From: Narcine bancroftii
Lineage: Eukaryota
Reading direction: 5' to 3'
Length of the DNA: 64,000 nucleotides
Assembly (NCBI RefSeq): GCF_036971445.1
Contig: NC_091471.1
Span: 341,620,001-341,684,000 of the forward strand
Shown: piece after piece, positions 11,052 to 22,870 of the stretch
Position numbering within the stretch: the stretch's first letter is position 1
Layout of the letters: each line of letters starts with the position of its first letter
Notes under the pieces: generated by a model
Database searches by the model: none
What the model was told of the DNA's origin: nothing
The model's input: only the letters and a program-made list of their open reading frames with translations
Position numbers and translations under genes: made by a program

Positions 11052-13305
11052 TTTTTTTTTGAATATTTTATTTTAATTTTCACAGACTGACCAAATCCAA
11101 TAAAACAAAGGCATTCATGTACATATGCATACCCAAAGACTGTATTTGTCCCAACCTGCCCCACCACCCACCACCGTGAATACATTCCACAAGCTTATCT
11201 CAATCCCACTCATCATGGGGCACATAGCCCCTCTCAAGACCTGTAATAAAAAGAAATCACAATGGCAATGCCATTCAAAGAAAACACTAAAAAGTAAAGA
11301 AAACTAAGGCCCTGAAAAGAAAAGGGCAGGTATGTTGTCCACGCCAAATCCTATTTCTGTAATCACACCTCTGGCTGTTCTGGGATAATTTAACCTATCC
11401 ATCTATCAATCTATGTAAGGTTGCCATACTCTCCCAAATGTGTCATGTTTCCCCCATAAGTTATATGTGATTTCCTACAGAGGAACACCACTCTGCATTT
11501 CCCTATTCCATCATGTGGTATTTAGCTGGCAGTCAGACCTCCATACACTTCCTGGCTACCACCAAAGTGGCCTTCACAAATGAAATTTGGAATTTAGTCA
11601 GTCTGAACTGTACTTCTCCAATATCCTCCCAAAAGGAACAGCTCCGGGTCCTGTGGAAAATCAATTCTTGTAATTTTTCTTTTAGAATATCCCCTAGGTC
11701 TTCCAAAAATGTCTCACCTTTGAGCACAGCCAGGTAGAGTGGACGAAAGTTCTCACCTCCACACCACACCTAAAACATACTTATGAAATCTCAGATTTTG
11801 ATCTGTGTAGTTCCTGAGGTATAAGGTACAACTGGTGCAGGAAGTTATACTGCACCATCCTGTATCTGATGTTGACAACCCTTGTCACACTATCCAGACA
11901 CAGGTCCTGCCACCATTTGTCATTCATTGTTGTACCCAAGTCCGACCTTTGTAGGCCTGGCTTTGGATCCTCATTTTGGAATATGCAATATATCTTAGAA
12001 ATAAATTTACACACATTCCTCTTTTGAATTAGAATCTCCATGTCATTACTTTCAAGCAGGGTCATTGCTGGTCCTAATTTTTCCCTCATAGAAGATCTTA
12101 TTTGCAGATAGAAGAATAATGTTCTGTTGGACAAATTATTCTTGTTCTCTGAAAACCCCATGATACATTCTGCCGCCCCCCCCCCACCCTTGTAACAATT
12201 CTTGATACACCTGATCTCCCTTTGACACCAGGTGTCCAGGATCTTATTACTCAGAGTCAAGGGTATTAAATTATTCTAAGTCAGGGGCATTTTGGGGGAT
12301 ATCCCCACCTTCCATCCAATACCTTGTTTTATCTTTTTCCACATCTGAAGTACATGTTTTATGATGGGGTTATCTATTTACTTTAAGAGTAGTTTTACAT
12401 CCCATTTATAAATAAATTCTTCAGCTATCTCTTCACCTAATGAATGCAATCCAATCTTTGTCCACACTGGGGCCACCCTCCATCAAAGAGTAAGGTGATA
12501 AATCTTGCTTGGGCAGCCCAATAATACATTTTAAAGCCAGGTAATTTTAAACTCCCTAATTTATAATCCCATGTTAACTTTTTCATGGAAATTCTAGCCA
12601 CTTTCCCATTCCACATAAATTTCCTGACACACTCATTAAGCACCTCAAAAAAAAAATAAGGCAATGCAATGGCTAAGGATTGGAAAAGATATTGGAGCCT
12701 TGGCATCATCTTCATTTTGACACCGTTGTCTCTGCCCATCAATGTAATGGGCAGAGTCCTCCATCTGACCAGGTCTTCCTCAACCTTCCCGAGTAAAGGG
12801 ATATAATTAAGCTTATACAAATTACGTAAATCCTTATCTACTCTGACCCCCAAGTATTTTCTGGCTTACCTCAGCCACTCAAACTATTGTCACATTGATT
12901 CTGATTGTAATCCCTATTTGTCAGAGGCACAGTCACGCTCTTATCCAAATTTGCTCTGTACCCAAGGAAAACACTGGAGATATCTGCCTGTTTGTAATAA
13001 TTTCGGCTCAAGGTTTATGGTAAAGAGCCTTAATCCAATTGTCCGAATCCAGTCCGAATTTCTCCAGCACCTTGAACAGAAAATCCCACTCCAGTCTGTC
13101 AAAGGCCTTCTCCGCATACAAAGCGACAGCCACTCCTGGGTCCGCCCTTGACTGTGCTAGATGTGCAGCACTTAGCAGACTAGCTATGCTATTTGCCGAT
13201 TTTCTACAAACCCCACCTGTTCTTTTAGTAATTGTTATCTAGTGAACCACCACCAATATATTAAGCATCAACAATTTTCTTTTTGTCAACTACATCCATG
13301 TTTGA
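11052..13305 (-). mobile_element. L1-clade LINE (fish-type) ORF2 remnant with 3' UTR
   Basis: LYKLNYIPLL, PRLQYLFQSL, KMYYWAAQ, QYNFLHQLY and AFDRLEW-like motifs. T-rich tail at about 11052-11080. Confidence 0.8.
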
Positions 13306-13699
13306 AATTGGTCTTGGAGAGTTGTCACAACAAAATATGAGCTTTTATGATTTTTTTGGTGTCTGAAATTAAATGGAAAACTGAGAAATCTTCCTGAAGC
13401 TATCAGAATTTATCTGTAATATTTAAAAATATATATTAAAAATTCTCTACTCCATCAAATTTATTTCTTCAAACTGACAGTAATTCAATGATTTGGACAC
13501 AAGATACGATGGAGTTATGACACCGCTTAGTGGATATACACTGCAGGACAGCATGGCATGACTGGTTTACATAGCAAGTTTCCATAATAAATATACACGT
13601 AACTATAATTATCGAATTTTCAGTATTAAGTTGCAGATATTTAAAGGACAAAATCAAAATTGAAATGACCTCTATTGGCTTCTGAATGATATGAAAGCA

Positions 13700-14920
13700 T
13701 TTCAATCCATCATGCTGCCTGAATTCTACATTGGCCTGAAACTCAAGGTAGGGAAATGATGTGCCTCCTGCACTGGGTCATGCGTCATCTTCCATTTGCG
13801 TTGATTGATCCTTGACCTTCATGGAATCTGTTGAGGGCTGGTCACTGCCTTCAAGTGAGGCTTAGACCAAGGGAGATGCAGCGGAGTCAGTGAGGTGTGG
13901 TTGCGTAGCGGTTAGCGCAGCACCTTTGCAGTGTCAGCGATCAGGACCGGGGTTCAAATCCCATGCAGTCTGTAAGATGTTTGTATGTTGTCCCCGTGTC
14001 AGCATGAGTTTTCCTTGAGGGCTCCACTTTCCTTCCACCATTCAAAATGTACCGGGGGCGTAAATTGGGCAGCATGGACTCATGGGCCGAAATGGCCTGT
14101 TATTGTGTTGTATGCCTAAATAAAAAATTGCTCCCTCCATAAGATTTGTCCACAGTTACTTCCATCTGGATCTGTTTCCTTGATTGGGATATTGGCTGCT
14201 CTTTCCGAGACCAGTTATTTTAAATGTGATCATATTTGAGAATGATTAGATTGGTTCTGATTATAAATTGTTCTATCCTGCAGAAGATGTTGGAATTGTG
14301 ATGTATGGTGCGTGGTAACAATGAACCGTAGGATTTCCGTCACCAGCTGCATGGAAGCATTTTCCGCACATCTTGTGATCTTCGTTCTAAAGACCCCAAG
14401 GCAGTGCAATGCACATGGACCATTGCTGGGTCTGCCTTTTTGTTTGGTTGCACTCCCCTATGATGCCCCAGCATGATTCTGGATCACATGAGCAGTATAA
14501 TGGCCTCAGCAGAGATGAGTGTAAAATGTGTCTGCCCTGAAGATGTGGAAACTTGTTCTAAACATTGACCCTGTGGTGGACTGATAGTGAGTGTTCATTT
14601 TCAGCTGGTTTTGTCACCAAGAGAGACGAAGATGTTGGGAATGTTCAAATATCGCATACCAGATGTTTCTTGTATGTTTCAGTATCAGGCTCTTCATACA
14701 GGCAACGAAGATTCTGTTAAGGCAGTCCCACTGTTCATCTGCCTCTGAGCAAGTTTTATGAAGTGATGGAAATTCTCCAGACACACATGGGAGAAGATTT
14801 AACATTACCCTTTGGGTTTCATCTGACGGATCTGTTTCCTCCCCTGTTATGGAAAAACACAAATTGAATTCCACTGATTTCCATTATGACCATACAATGT
14901 ATTTCACTGGATTACCATCC
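13700..14920 (-). mobile_element. Old, highly decayed Gypsy (Mag-like) gag-protease remnant, interrupted by a SINE
   Basis: Degenerate motifs in order: WKSVEFNLCFSITG...DETQRVML, ETYKKHL, RIMLG, CGKC, SYGGS, EDDA*P. Weak similarity only. Confidence 0.4.
13893..14128 (+). mobile_element. tRNA-derived SINE (V-SINE/HE1-like, CR1-type tail)
   Basis: A box gcgtagcggttagcgc, B box ggttcaaatcc, V-domain-like tttgtatgttgtccccgtg, tail gggccgaaatggcctgtt with A-rich end. Confidence 0.8.
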
Positions 14921-15008
14921 AGGCAGTAGACAAAAAATATACCTTGGGTTTTTTTTTATGCACCAATGTTTCTTGTTTGCCTGATCATTTGTGATTTTAA
15001 GTGTGTAG

Positions 15009-15372
15009 TGTAAGGTAAAAACATCATGAGATGGGACCGGAGAAGGAGTCACCCAGTACTAAGGAGTAACAGAATGCAGATGTGACCTTGTACACTCAAG
15101 ATAAGCTTTGCACTAACAAGAATGATGAGCAGCAGACTAACAGAGAAGGGTAGCAACAGTTTATTCATTGGACAATGTCATGGTATGATAATTTACTAAG
15201 TACGTATCCTGAGGTATAAAAAAACACCATTTTGCTGATAACGGCAGAATGCATTCTCCGACTAACTTTGTTAGTCGCAAGTGTTACAATCCGGTAATAA
15301 AGAACAAAGAACCCTGATTTCGACTCAGTCTGGTGTTTGTCTCACTCATTCATGAACAAAGCACACCTAACA
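15009..15372 (+). mobile_element. Solo LTR (364 bp)
   Basis: Ends tgtaagg...cctaaca, 4-bp TSD gtag (15005-15008, 15373-15376), TATA-like gtataaaa near 15214, AATAAA near 15296. Confidence 0.85.
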
Positions 15373-15613
15373 GTAGTGAGAGGACTTTGTTTGTATCAGA
15401 TTGTGTCATTGGCTCCCACTTGAAAGTGTAATGCTAAAAGCTTAAAAGTGAGGTCAGTGGAAGGCAGGTACAAGCAAGCGAACAAAAACAAATGTGTGTT
15501 TAGTGTACCTGGTTTAAAAAGAATCTTGATTAACAAGGACCTGTTGAGCCTTGTCTGTCAAGTTTCAGCGGTGTAAGTCAACGAGGCTGAGGAATGACAA
15601 GGCAGTTGAGGTG

Positions 15614-15752
15614 ATAATAGACAATAGACAATCGGAGCTGGAGTAGGCCCGTCGAGCCAGCACCGCCATTTTACAGATCATGGCTGATCACTACCATCAG
15701 TACCCCTTTCCAGCCTTATCCCCATAACCCTTAACTCCTTTGCCCACTAGGA
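15614..15752 (-). mobile_element. CR1 LINE extreme 3' end
   Basis: Reverse strand reads ...gatcagccatgatc...gctcgacgggcctactcc and ends in a (ctattgt)n tail. Confidence 0.7.
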
Positions 15753-16021
15753 AACAAATTGTACTTGAATCTGGAAGTTCTTATCTTCAAGCTCATGCAT
15801 CTTTTGCCTCATGAATGGGGTAGACAATAGAGAATAAGCTCAATGATGTGTCTTCCTGGTTCATCACCGTCTGCATTAAAACATTTCTTCCTAATTTAAG
15901 GCACGATGGTTCAGTACGTCTTTTGAGATGGTGACACCTGAGTGCAGGTAAACATTTCCCTGTATCCATCCTATCAAGCACAATAATAATTTCAATGAGA
16001 TGTCTGAATAATGGCCCATGG

Positions 16022-16254
16022 CACTGTCCCCTCTAAACTGTGCGCGTATGTGCGTGCACACTCGTTTCATAACTGGTGCACAAAGAAAATTAATGTGTGG
16101 ACAAAAGATTAGTTACCTAAAATAATATCTTGAAACAATTTTGAGTTTACTTTTGTACAAGCATTCAGTAAGCACATACTTTTGTCACAGGAAAAAAAAT
16201 TGGCACCGTAAGATTTTTGCATACACTGACGACTAAATATTAAAGGGAACATTG
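16022..16254. mobile_element. Putative hAT-type MITE
   Basis: Imperfect TIRs cactgtcccctctaa / ttaaagggaacattg. No clean 8-bp TSD. Confidence 0.45.
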
Positions 16255-16894
16255 CTTACCGCTATCAACAACCTTACTTTGTACTGAATATATCTTGAAT
16301 AATGATGTCTTTATGGAACAATTTACGAAATTTATACAAAAAGAAAGATGTAACTCTCTGTTAGTTAGCCCATGGATATGATAGCATGGTTCATGTGACA
16401 ATTAATTATAAAGGCCATAACTTATCTGGTTACTAAAATGGACAACAGAGCTGACACAAAATTGGCACCACATCAGTCATATCTTAAGGATTTGTTGATA
16501 TGGTGTAGAACTCTTCCAAATTGGCAAATAAAACTCAAGTCAAATGTAATATCAGTGTGTATTGATGATGAAGTCATAGCTTTATGTTTTTGATAAAACT
16601 ATTTTTTAGACAAACCCCATTATTATTAAGCAAGTTAAAATTAGTTGATAAGTGTCTTCAGATGTTTTAGTATCTTGAATGCATGACATAAAAGACAATG
16701 ATTCCACTGCAAAACTAAGAACCAATGAAAACAGATACAGCTAACAAACTGGATATTTTCATATTCCTATTCATAATCTCCATTAGAAATAAATTATGGC
16801 CGCAAAGTGCACATCAAGCAAACACAATCCAGGACACAAAAAGTTATGGGAAATAGTTAAGACAAATATGAAAGTTGAGCTGAATAAGAAAATC

Positions 16895-17790
16895 TACAGA
16901 TGCTGTGATTGTAGTTATAAAATGATAGAGAAACTCAGCAGGTCATGTAGCATTCTTTATGTAACAAAGATAAATATACAAAACCAATAAATCGGACCAA
17001 AGCCCTTCGTCAAAGTATGGGCGAAATGCAGGCAGGTGTTTGAATAATGGGAGAGGGGTAGGGGGAGAAGAACAGGTGAGAGGTCATAGATGGATAAGGG
17101 TGGAAGAGCACAAGAAAAGAGATGAAATGTGATGGGGGCAGGGATAGCTCTCTGAATGGAGAGAGAGGGAGTGGAGACCTGGAGGAAAGAAGACAGAAGG
17201 ATGGGGAAAGGGGGGAGATGGGGGAGGGGCCTAATGGAAGTTGGAGATCTTGCTGTTAATGCCAGAGGTTAATAGAGAGTGTCTGAATGGAAATTTATGT
17301 GTTGCTCCTCCATTTTGTGGGTGGCTTTGGTTTGGCAGTGCATGAGGCCAAGGACAGGCATGTCGGTGTAAGAGAATTTGTCGGTGTAAGAGAATTTAAA
17401 TATTTGGTCACTGGGAGTTCCCTGTCATTGCTGTGGACAGAGCGAAGGCACTCAGCGAAACAATTTCCCACTCTGTGACCAGTCTCTCCGATGGAGAGAA
17501 AGCCATAATGGGAGCACAGGATGCAGTAGGTGAGCCTCATAGATTCACAAGTTAAGTGTTGCTCCACTTGGAAGGACTATTTGCGACCCCCCACATTGTG
17601 GTGAGGGAGGAGTAGCCTTTTCTGCAATAACAGGGGTACCCTCCCCCACCATTTTATTCAGCCACCTGTCTGCATTTTGCTCAGACCTTCATGAAGGGCT
17701 TAGGCCCGTAAAGTTGGTTACATATTGTAATCTTTCCTCCATAAAGATTGCTTAGATGGGAACACTTGGATTTTTTTTGTATATTTTGCA
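16895..17790 (-). mobile_element. Penelope-like element remnant (GIY-YIG domain and inverted pseudo-LTRs)
   Basis: LTYCILCSHYGFLSIGETGHRVGNCFAECLRS (GIY-YIG) at 17295-17567. pLTR on minus at about 16895-17040 and an inverted copy on plus at about 17650-17790. Confidence 0.8.
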
Positions 17791-18548
17791 GTCATGTTTT
17801 ACATGTTGTCTGTTTGCTGTATGAGTAATATTTGTCTTTGTTGCATTATCACGGATCTCCTATAACAAACCCATGAACCATTGGTCAGCAGTGGACTACA
17901 AATTGAGAACTACTGGTTAACATTGGTTAACATGCTGGATAAAAAAAGATTGCACTTGAAATCATCATCCTGAGACTCGTGGTGCCCCCTACTGATCTGA
18001 AATGAGATGGACTACCACTTCTGTTGAAGCCACTGCTATGCTATCAAATTGAAATTTAGTTTCTCTGTTGCCCATACAGATGAGAACTGCTAAGTTTGTT
18101 TTGCACAAAGGTATGTTTGCTGGGCTTGGCAATCAGTTCTCTTTTTTTTTGTTATCACAGAAAGGCAGCAGGCTGGCAGATCATTGAAGCATATCCCATC
18201 TCAATAATATCCTCTCTCAATTCCTCCATTGCTATCGCATTTGCTCCCAGGATGACGTCTTCCATTCCAGATCATCCATTATGTCCACCTTCTTCAAGGT
18301 ATGTGGTTTCCCATCTATCACTATCTACTTAGCCCACAACCCACATCTCCTCTATTTCCCGCACATCCGCCCTTGGATGCCACAAGGACCACCCCTCCAG
18401 TCTCTGTATCCAACATATTACCCTCCATAATCCCACTACCAGGCACATATTTTCTCTTTCTCCCCCCCTCTCCATCTTCCGCAGGGATCACTATCTCTGT
18501 GACTCACTCATCTATTTCCACCAATCGCCCCCTTGACACTTATCCCTG

Positions 18549-21221
18549 TGTAGCTTAGATTGATGGGCACTACCAGTTGCCCCAATAACCACAAGGACAA
18601 AGAATGAGGCGACGATAGGCTATATTGTACAGAAGACTTGAGCTGGCCCAGATCCAAACTAGGGAAGTGCAGGGAAGGGAGAGATGGCTCGAACTTTATG
18701 GCTTAGGCCACAGGGGAGGAGTCCAGGGGAGAGTGTCATCAGGGGGTTGGCCAGCCCGTGCCTTTACCAACCAATGACCATATACAAACCATATACAAAC
18801 CATATCATTACATAGATAAAAGCTCACACTCGACTGGAGGGAGAACTAATGCTTTTATTAGCTTACAACACAAGTAGGGGTCATGAACACGTTTCAGATG
18901 GGTTCTGGGATTAGGCGGGAAACCAGGGCTATATACGGGCTCCCGGGGGAAGGAGCTGGGAGGCGGGACCAGTTATCAGTACAGGACACTTCCAGTGAAT
19001 GCCAGTTCATTACATTCACCCCTTCCTTCAGAATTAAGGATCTGTGGATGAAGAGAACAAGGATCAGAAGCTGGTAATAGACACAGAAGAGAAATGTTTA
19101 TAATACTATTTACAGATTCAGGCGGTCCGGAGGTCCGGAGATCCTCGTGGAGCACCTTAGTACCAGGGTGCCTTGGGACCCACTAGGGGTCCCTCAATAA
19201 GAGAAAAACCCCAGGCATCTCCTCAAAGCCTTTGTGGTTCCAGGGAGGGGAAGCTCTAACAGGGGTTGCATCCGATTAGGATCTGGGCCAATGATGTCAT
19301 TCTCCATCACGTAGCCGAGGAGAGCCAGTCGTGGAGTCCTGAATACTCACTTCTCAGAATTGTAAGTGAGATTCAGGGCTCTCGCCATGTGGAGAAAACT
19401 CTGGAGATTGGGCATCATGGTCTTCCACAGTGTGGGCACAGATGGTGACATTGTTGAGGTTGGGGAAGGTAGCCTTTAACCTGTACTCGTCCACCATCCC
19501 ATCCATCTGCTGCTGGAAAATAGACACCCCATTGATAGTACTGAAAGTGACCCTCCGGAACTTTCAGCCTCAAATACTGTGTGCGGGCGGTCCTCAGAAT
19601 GGATTGGCAGCTGGTGATAGGCAGCTTTCAGGTCGATGTTCAAATACACCTGATACTGTGCGATATCGTTCACCATATCCGAAATGCAAGGGAGGGGGTA
19701 TGCATCTAGGAGTGTGTATCTGTTAATTGTTTGGCTATAGTCAATCATTAATCTGGACCTATTTTCCCCCTTTACTACCACCACTTATGCTCTCCACAGG
19801 GTGGTTCTGGGTTCGATGATCCCCTCCACCAGCAGGCACTGGGTCTCCGTCTTTATAAACTCCCTTTCTGCCACACTGTACCTCCTGCTCTTGGCGGCGA
19901 TGGGCTTACAGTCGGCAAACAGATTTGGGAACAGAGGGGGAGGGTCCATGTTCAGCGTGGAGAGGCTGCAAGTGGGTCCTGGTTTTGAGCGCCCCCCCAT
20001 TCCGAACCGTTAGCAGGGGAAAGGGACCAGAAAACTCCAAGGTCACAGTTTTAAGGTGACACAGGAAGTCCAGACCCAAAAATACTGGAGCACACAATTC
20101 ATCTAAAATGTACATGCAAAATTTACAAAATTCCCCCCCCCCTCCAAATGACAGATGAACTCGACAATGTTTCTGTACATGTGCCGAATGGGACTGGGAT
20201 GCTTGGAATATTCGGTAATTAGAGGGATATATTTTTAAGTTATATTTTTGGACAGTCCGTGAGTCTATGAAACTTTCTGTGGAGCCTGTGTCAATCAGGC
20301 ACTTGGTCGAATGTCTATTTACCTTCACTGACACCATTGAGTTGCCGAGCTGGTGAGGACCATTCTCATCGAGGACCAGCAATGCCAGGTTGCCAGAGAC
20401 ACTGTGTTCTTTTCTTGAATGGCCCCCTCCATCCTGAGTTGACCTGTGCAGGTAAGATGGTGTCAACCTTGTGGTGCAACAAGATGGCCGTCCTCCTTCC
20501 TCCTTCCTCCTCTGATGATGTCACTGAATTCAAAATCAGGCCACTGCAAGATGGCCACTGAGCTTTCTCGTGCCATTTCCGTAGGCGATGGGTTGTGTAG
20601 CAGGCAGTCTTGGGTGAGTCTGACGCAGATGGCTTGGGGCTGGAATCAGATCCAGGAGTGGTACAGGCCATGGACTTCCCTGGACATCCCTTTGAGCGGC
20701 AGATCCTCACCCAATGTCCTTTCTTCCCACAGCTGGAGGACGCTGAGTCTTTGGTTGGGCAATGGAATGGGAGTGCTGTCCCTTGCCACAGAAAAAGCAC
20801 TCCTGGGCTCGGGAAGCGGCAGCCATTAGAGTGTAGGGTAAGCCGGTGCCTCGCTATGACCTTGTTTGATGCCTTCGTGCAGCGGCCCCATATGTAGGGC
20901 AGTCTCGGTTGACTGCGCGCCGCTTCGTCCCTACCCTTGAGATGAGCACCAACCTCCAGAGCTTGTCTCTTTGGAAGACGTCCCTGGTCGTGTTCAGGTA
21001 GGCCTGGAAGCAGTCTAGCCAATATATGAACTCTTCAGCTGTGTCGGGGACTGGGAGTCTATTAGCTGCCAACTGTGCTTGAGTAACTCCTCCATCCTTG
21101 TTTGTAAGCTAATAAAATTGTAGCATTGATAAAAGCTCACACTCAACTGGATGGAGAACAAATGCTTCATGAACAGGCTTCAAAGGGGTTCTGGGAAACC
21201 AGAATTATATACGCGACTACA
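18549..21221 (-). mobile_element. Gypsy LTR retrotransposon, internally deleted
   Basis: tgtag...ctaca ends, 5-bp TSD ccctg. 3' LTR 18549-19014, PPT 19015-19029, internally deleted 5' LTR 21119-21221. Gag (AEEFIYWLDCF; CGKKGHWVRIC), protease LIDTGS, RT LDAYPLP / IDLKAAYHQL, C-terminus LRCSTRISGPPDRLNL. RNase H and most of integrase are missing. Confidence 0.9.
18561..18812. mobile_element. Solo LTR nested in the Gypsy 3' LTR
   Basis: tga...taca ends, 5-bp TSD tagat (18556-18560, 18813-18817). Removing it restores collinearity with the LTR at 21119. Confidence 0.85.
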
Positions 21222-22634
21222 CCCTGTGAATGCAAGAAATGCTACACTTGCACCAACACCTCTCTCACCACAATTCGGGGACCCAAACAGTCCTTCCAAG
21301 TGAAGCAATACTTCCACTTGTAAATTTGCAGGGGTGATCCACTGTATCCGATATTCCTGTTGTGGCCTCTTGTACATCGGGGAGACAGGACACAGACTGG
21401 GAGATCATTTCATGAGCACCTTTTCAGGGTCTGTTGCAATAGCAGGGATCTCCCAGTGGCCAACCATTTCAGTTCCGTGGTCCACTCCCTTGCTGACGCA
21501 TCTGTCCATGGTCTCGTGCACTGCCAAACCAAGGCCACCTGCAAATTTCATTTTGGCAGAATTAATATTCCACCTGTGCACATACAACCACATGAAGTTA
21601 ACATTGACTTCTTTGGTTTCTGTTAGGTCTCTTTTTCCTTCTATCTCTTTTCATCCACTCCCCATCTCCTTACCTCCCAATTTTTAAAATCTTTACTGTC
21701 CTACCCATATCCACCTCTTGCCTCAACCATTTTATGCAAGCACCTACCTGCTTTTTGCTCAGACCTTGATAAAGGGATCAGGTCTGAAAGGTAGGTTACT
21801 TATCTTTGCTCCATAAAAAATGCTGTGAACCACTGAGTTTCTCCTGCACTTTAGTATATTGTACTACAATCACAGAATCTGCAGACTTTTTTTGTATAAC
21901 TCCTAATTCCATTGAGCTATCAGCCCATTAAGTGATGAGTTTTGTAATTCGTATGTAAAGCCACACTTATAGTAATAAGGAGGCATTTTACAAATTTGTT
22001 CTGCGATAGAAACTTAAAGTTCTCTTGCATGTAATCTGACCCAGAAAATAATCACAGCCAGAAGTGAGATATGAAATAACGTTCTCATTTTTTCAGAGTT
22101 TATCTAATCAGTTTTGTCTTTGAATTCCCATTGCTGTTAAAGACAAATTTCATTCTTAATTTTCTTCAATATCAACATTAAAGCCTGTTTTTTGAAAAAT
22201 AATGTTGCAGGTAAATTTCAGAATTTTTTTGATATATAACATAGGCCCCCTCCGAGCTGAATAATAGTTTCTTGTAACGTCTTTGACCTTTTACATCTGG
22301 CATTGATAAATGATAGATGCTTAGGAGTTTGGCAGGACTACACATACAGAACAAAAGCAAGATGAAAATGCAAAAAAAAACATTTTGTCACCATTGCACC
22401 CGACAATTCGGAGCATTGTTGATTCAGGTTTGGGGCAAGTACGGGTATGTGTGGTCAGCTTCAGTGGTTTCCATGCACATGATGGTCTGAAGAACTTGTT
22501 GATTTACTGGATGACTCTACATTTCATTTTAAATAATTTAATTTTTTTGCACAAAAGCTATTTGTATTGCATTAATCCTCAGAATAATATTTCTTAACCA
22601 TTGCAGGCAAACTACCTGCTTTGAATTAGTTAAA

Positions 22635-22870
22635 AAACAAAATTGGAGAAACTCAGCAGGTGGAATTTATATAGCAAAAGGCAAAGATACATCATCAACA
22701 TTTTGGGCTTGAGCCTATCATCAAAGTTGGGCACACCTTGATGTGAGGCTCAAACCTGAAATCTGGATCATGCATCTTTAACATTGCAATATAAAAGACA
22801 CAGTTTGACCTGCTGAGTTTCTCCAGCTTTGTTTTTTCACTTCACCCACAACAACGGCAAACTTTAGATT
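22635..22870. mobile_element. Palindromic Penelope-derived mini-element (two inverted pLTRs)
   Basis: ggagaaactcagcaggt...acctgctgagtttctcc inverted arms with back-to-back hammerhead-like motifs at the centre. Confidence 0.7.

Larger units (their letters stand above)
18210..21900 (+). mobile_element. Penelope-like element remnant split by a Gypsy insertion
   Basis: RT-tail-like sequence at 18210-18548 resumes at 21222 (ccctgtgaatgcaagaaatgc). GIY-YIG IHCIRYSCCGLLYIGETGHRLGDHF / DLPVANHF follows, then a pLTR at about 21740-21900. Confidence 0.8.

Noticed and set aside
13893-13965. tRNA gene
   Set aside because: The A and B boxes belong to a SINE head, and there is no complete cloverleaf.
17361-17398. 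Tandem duplication of tgtcggtgtaagagaatt
   Set aside because: Two-copy local slippage inside a dead Penelope, not an array.
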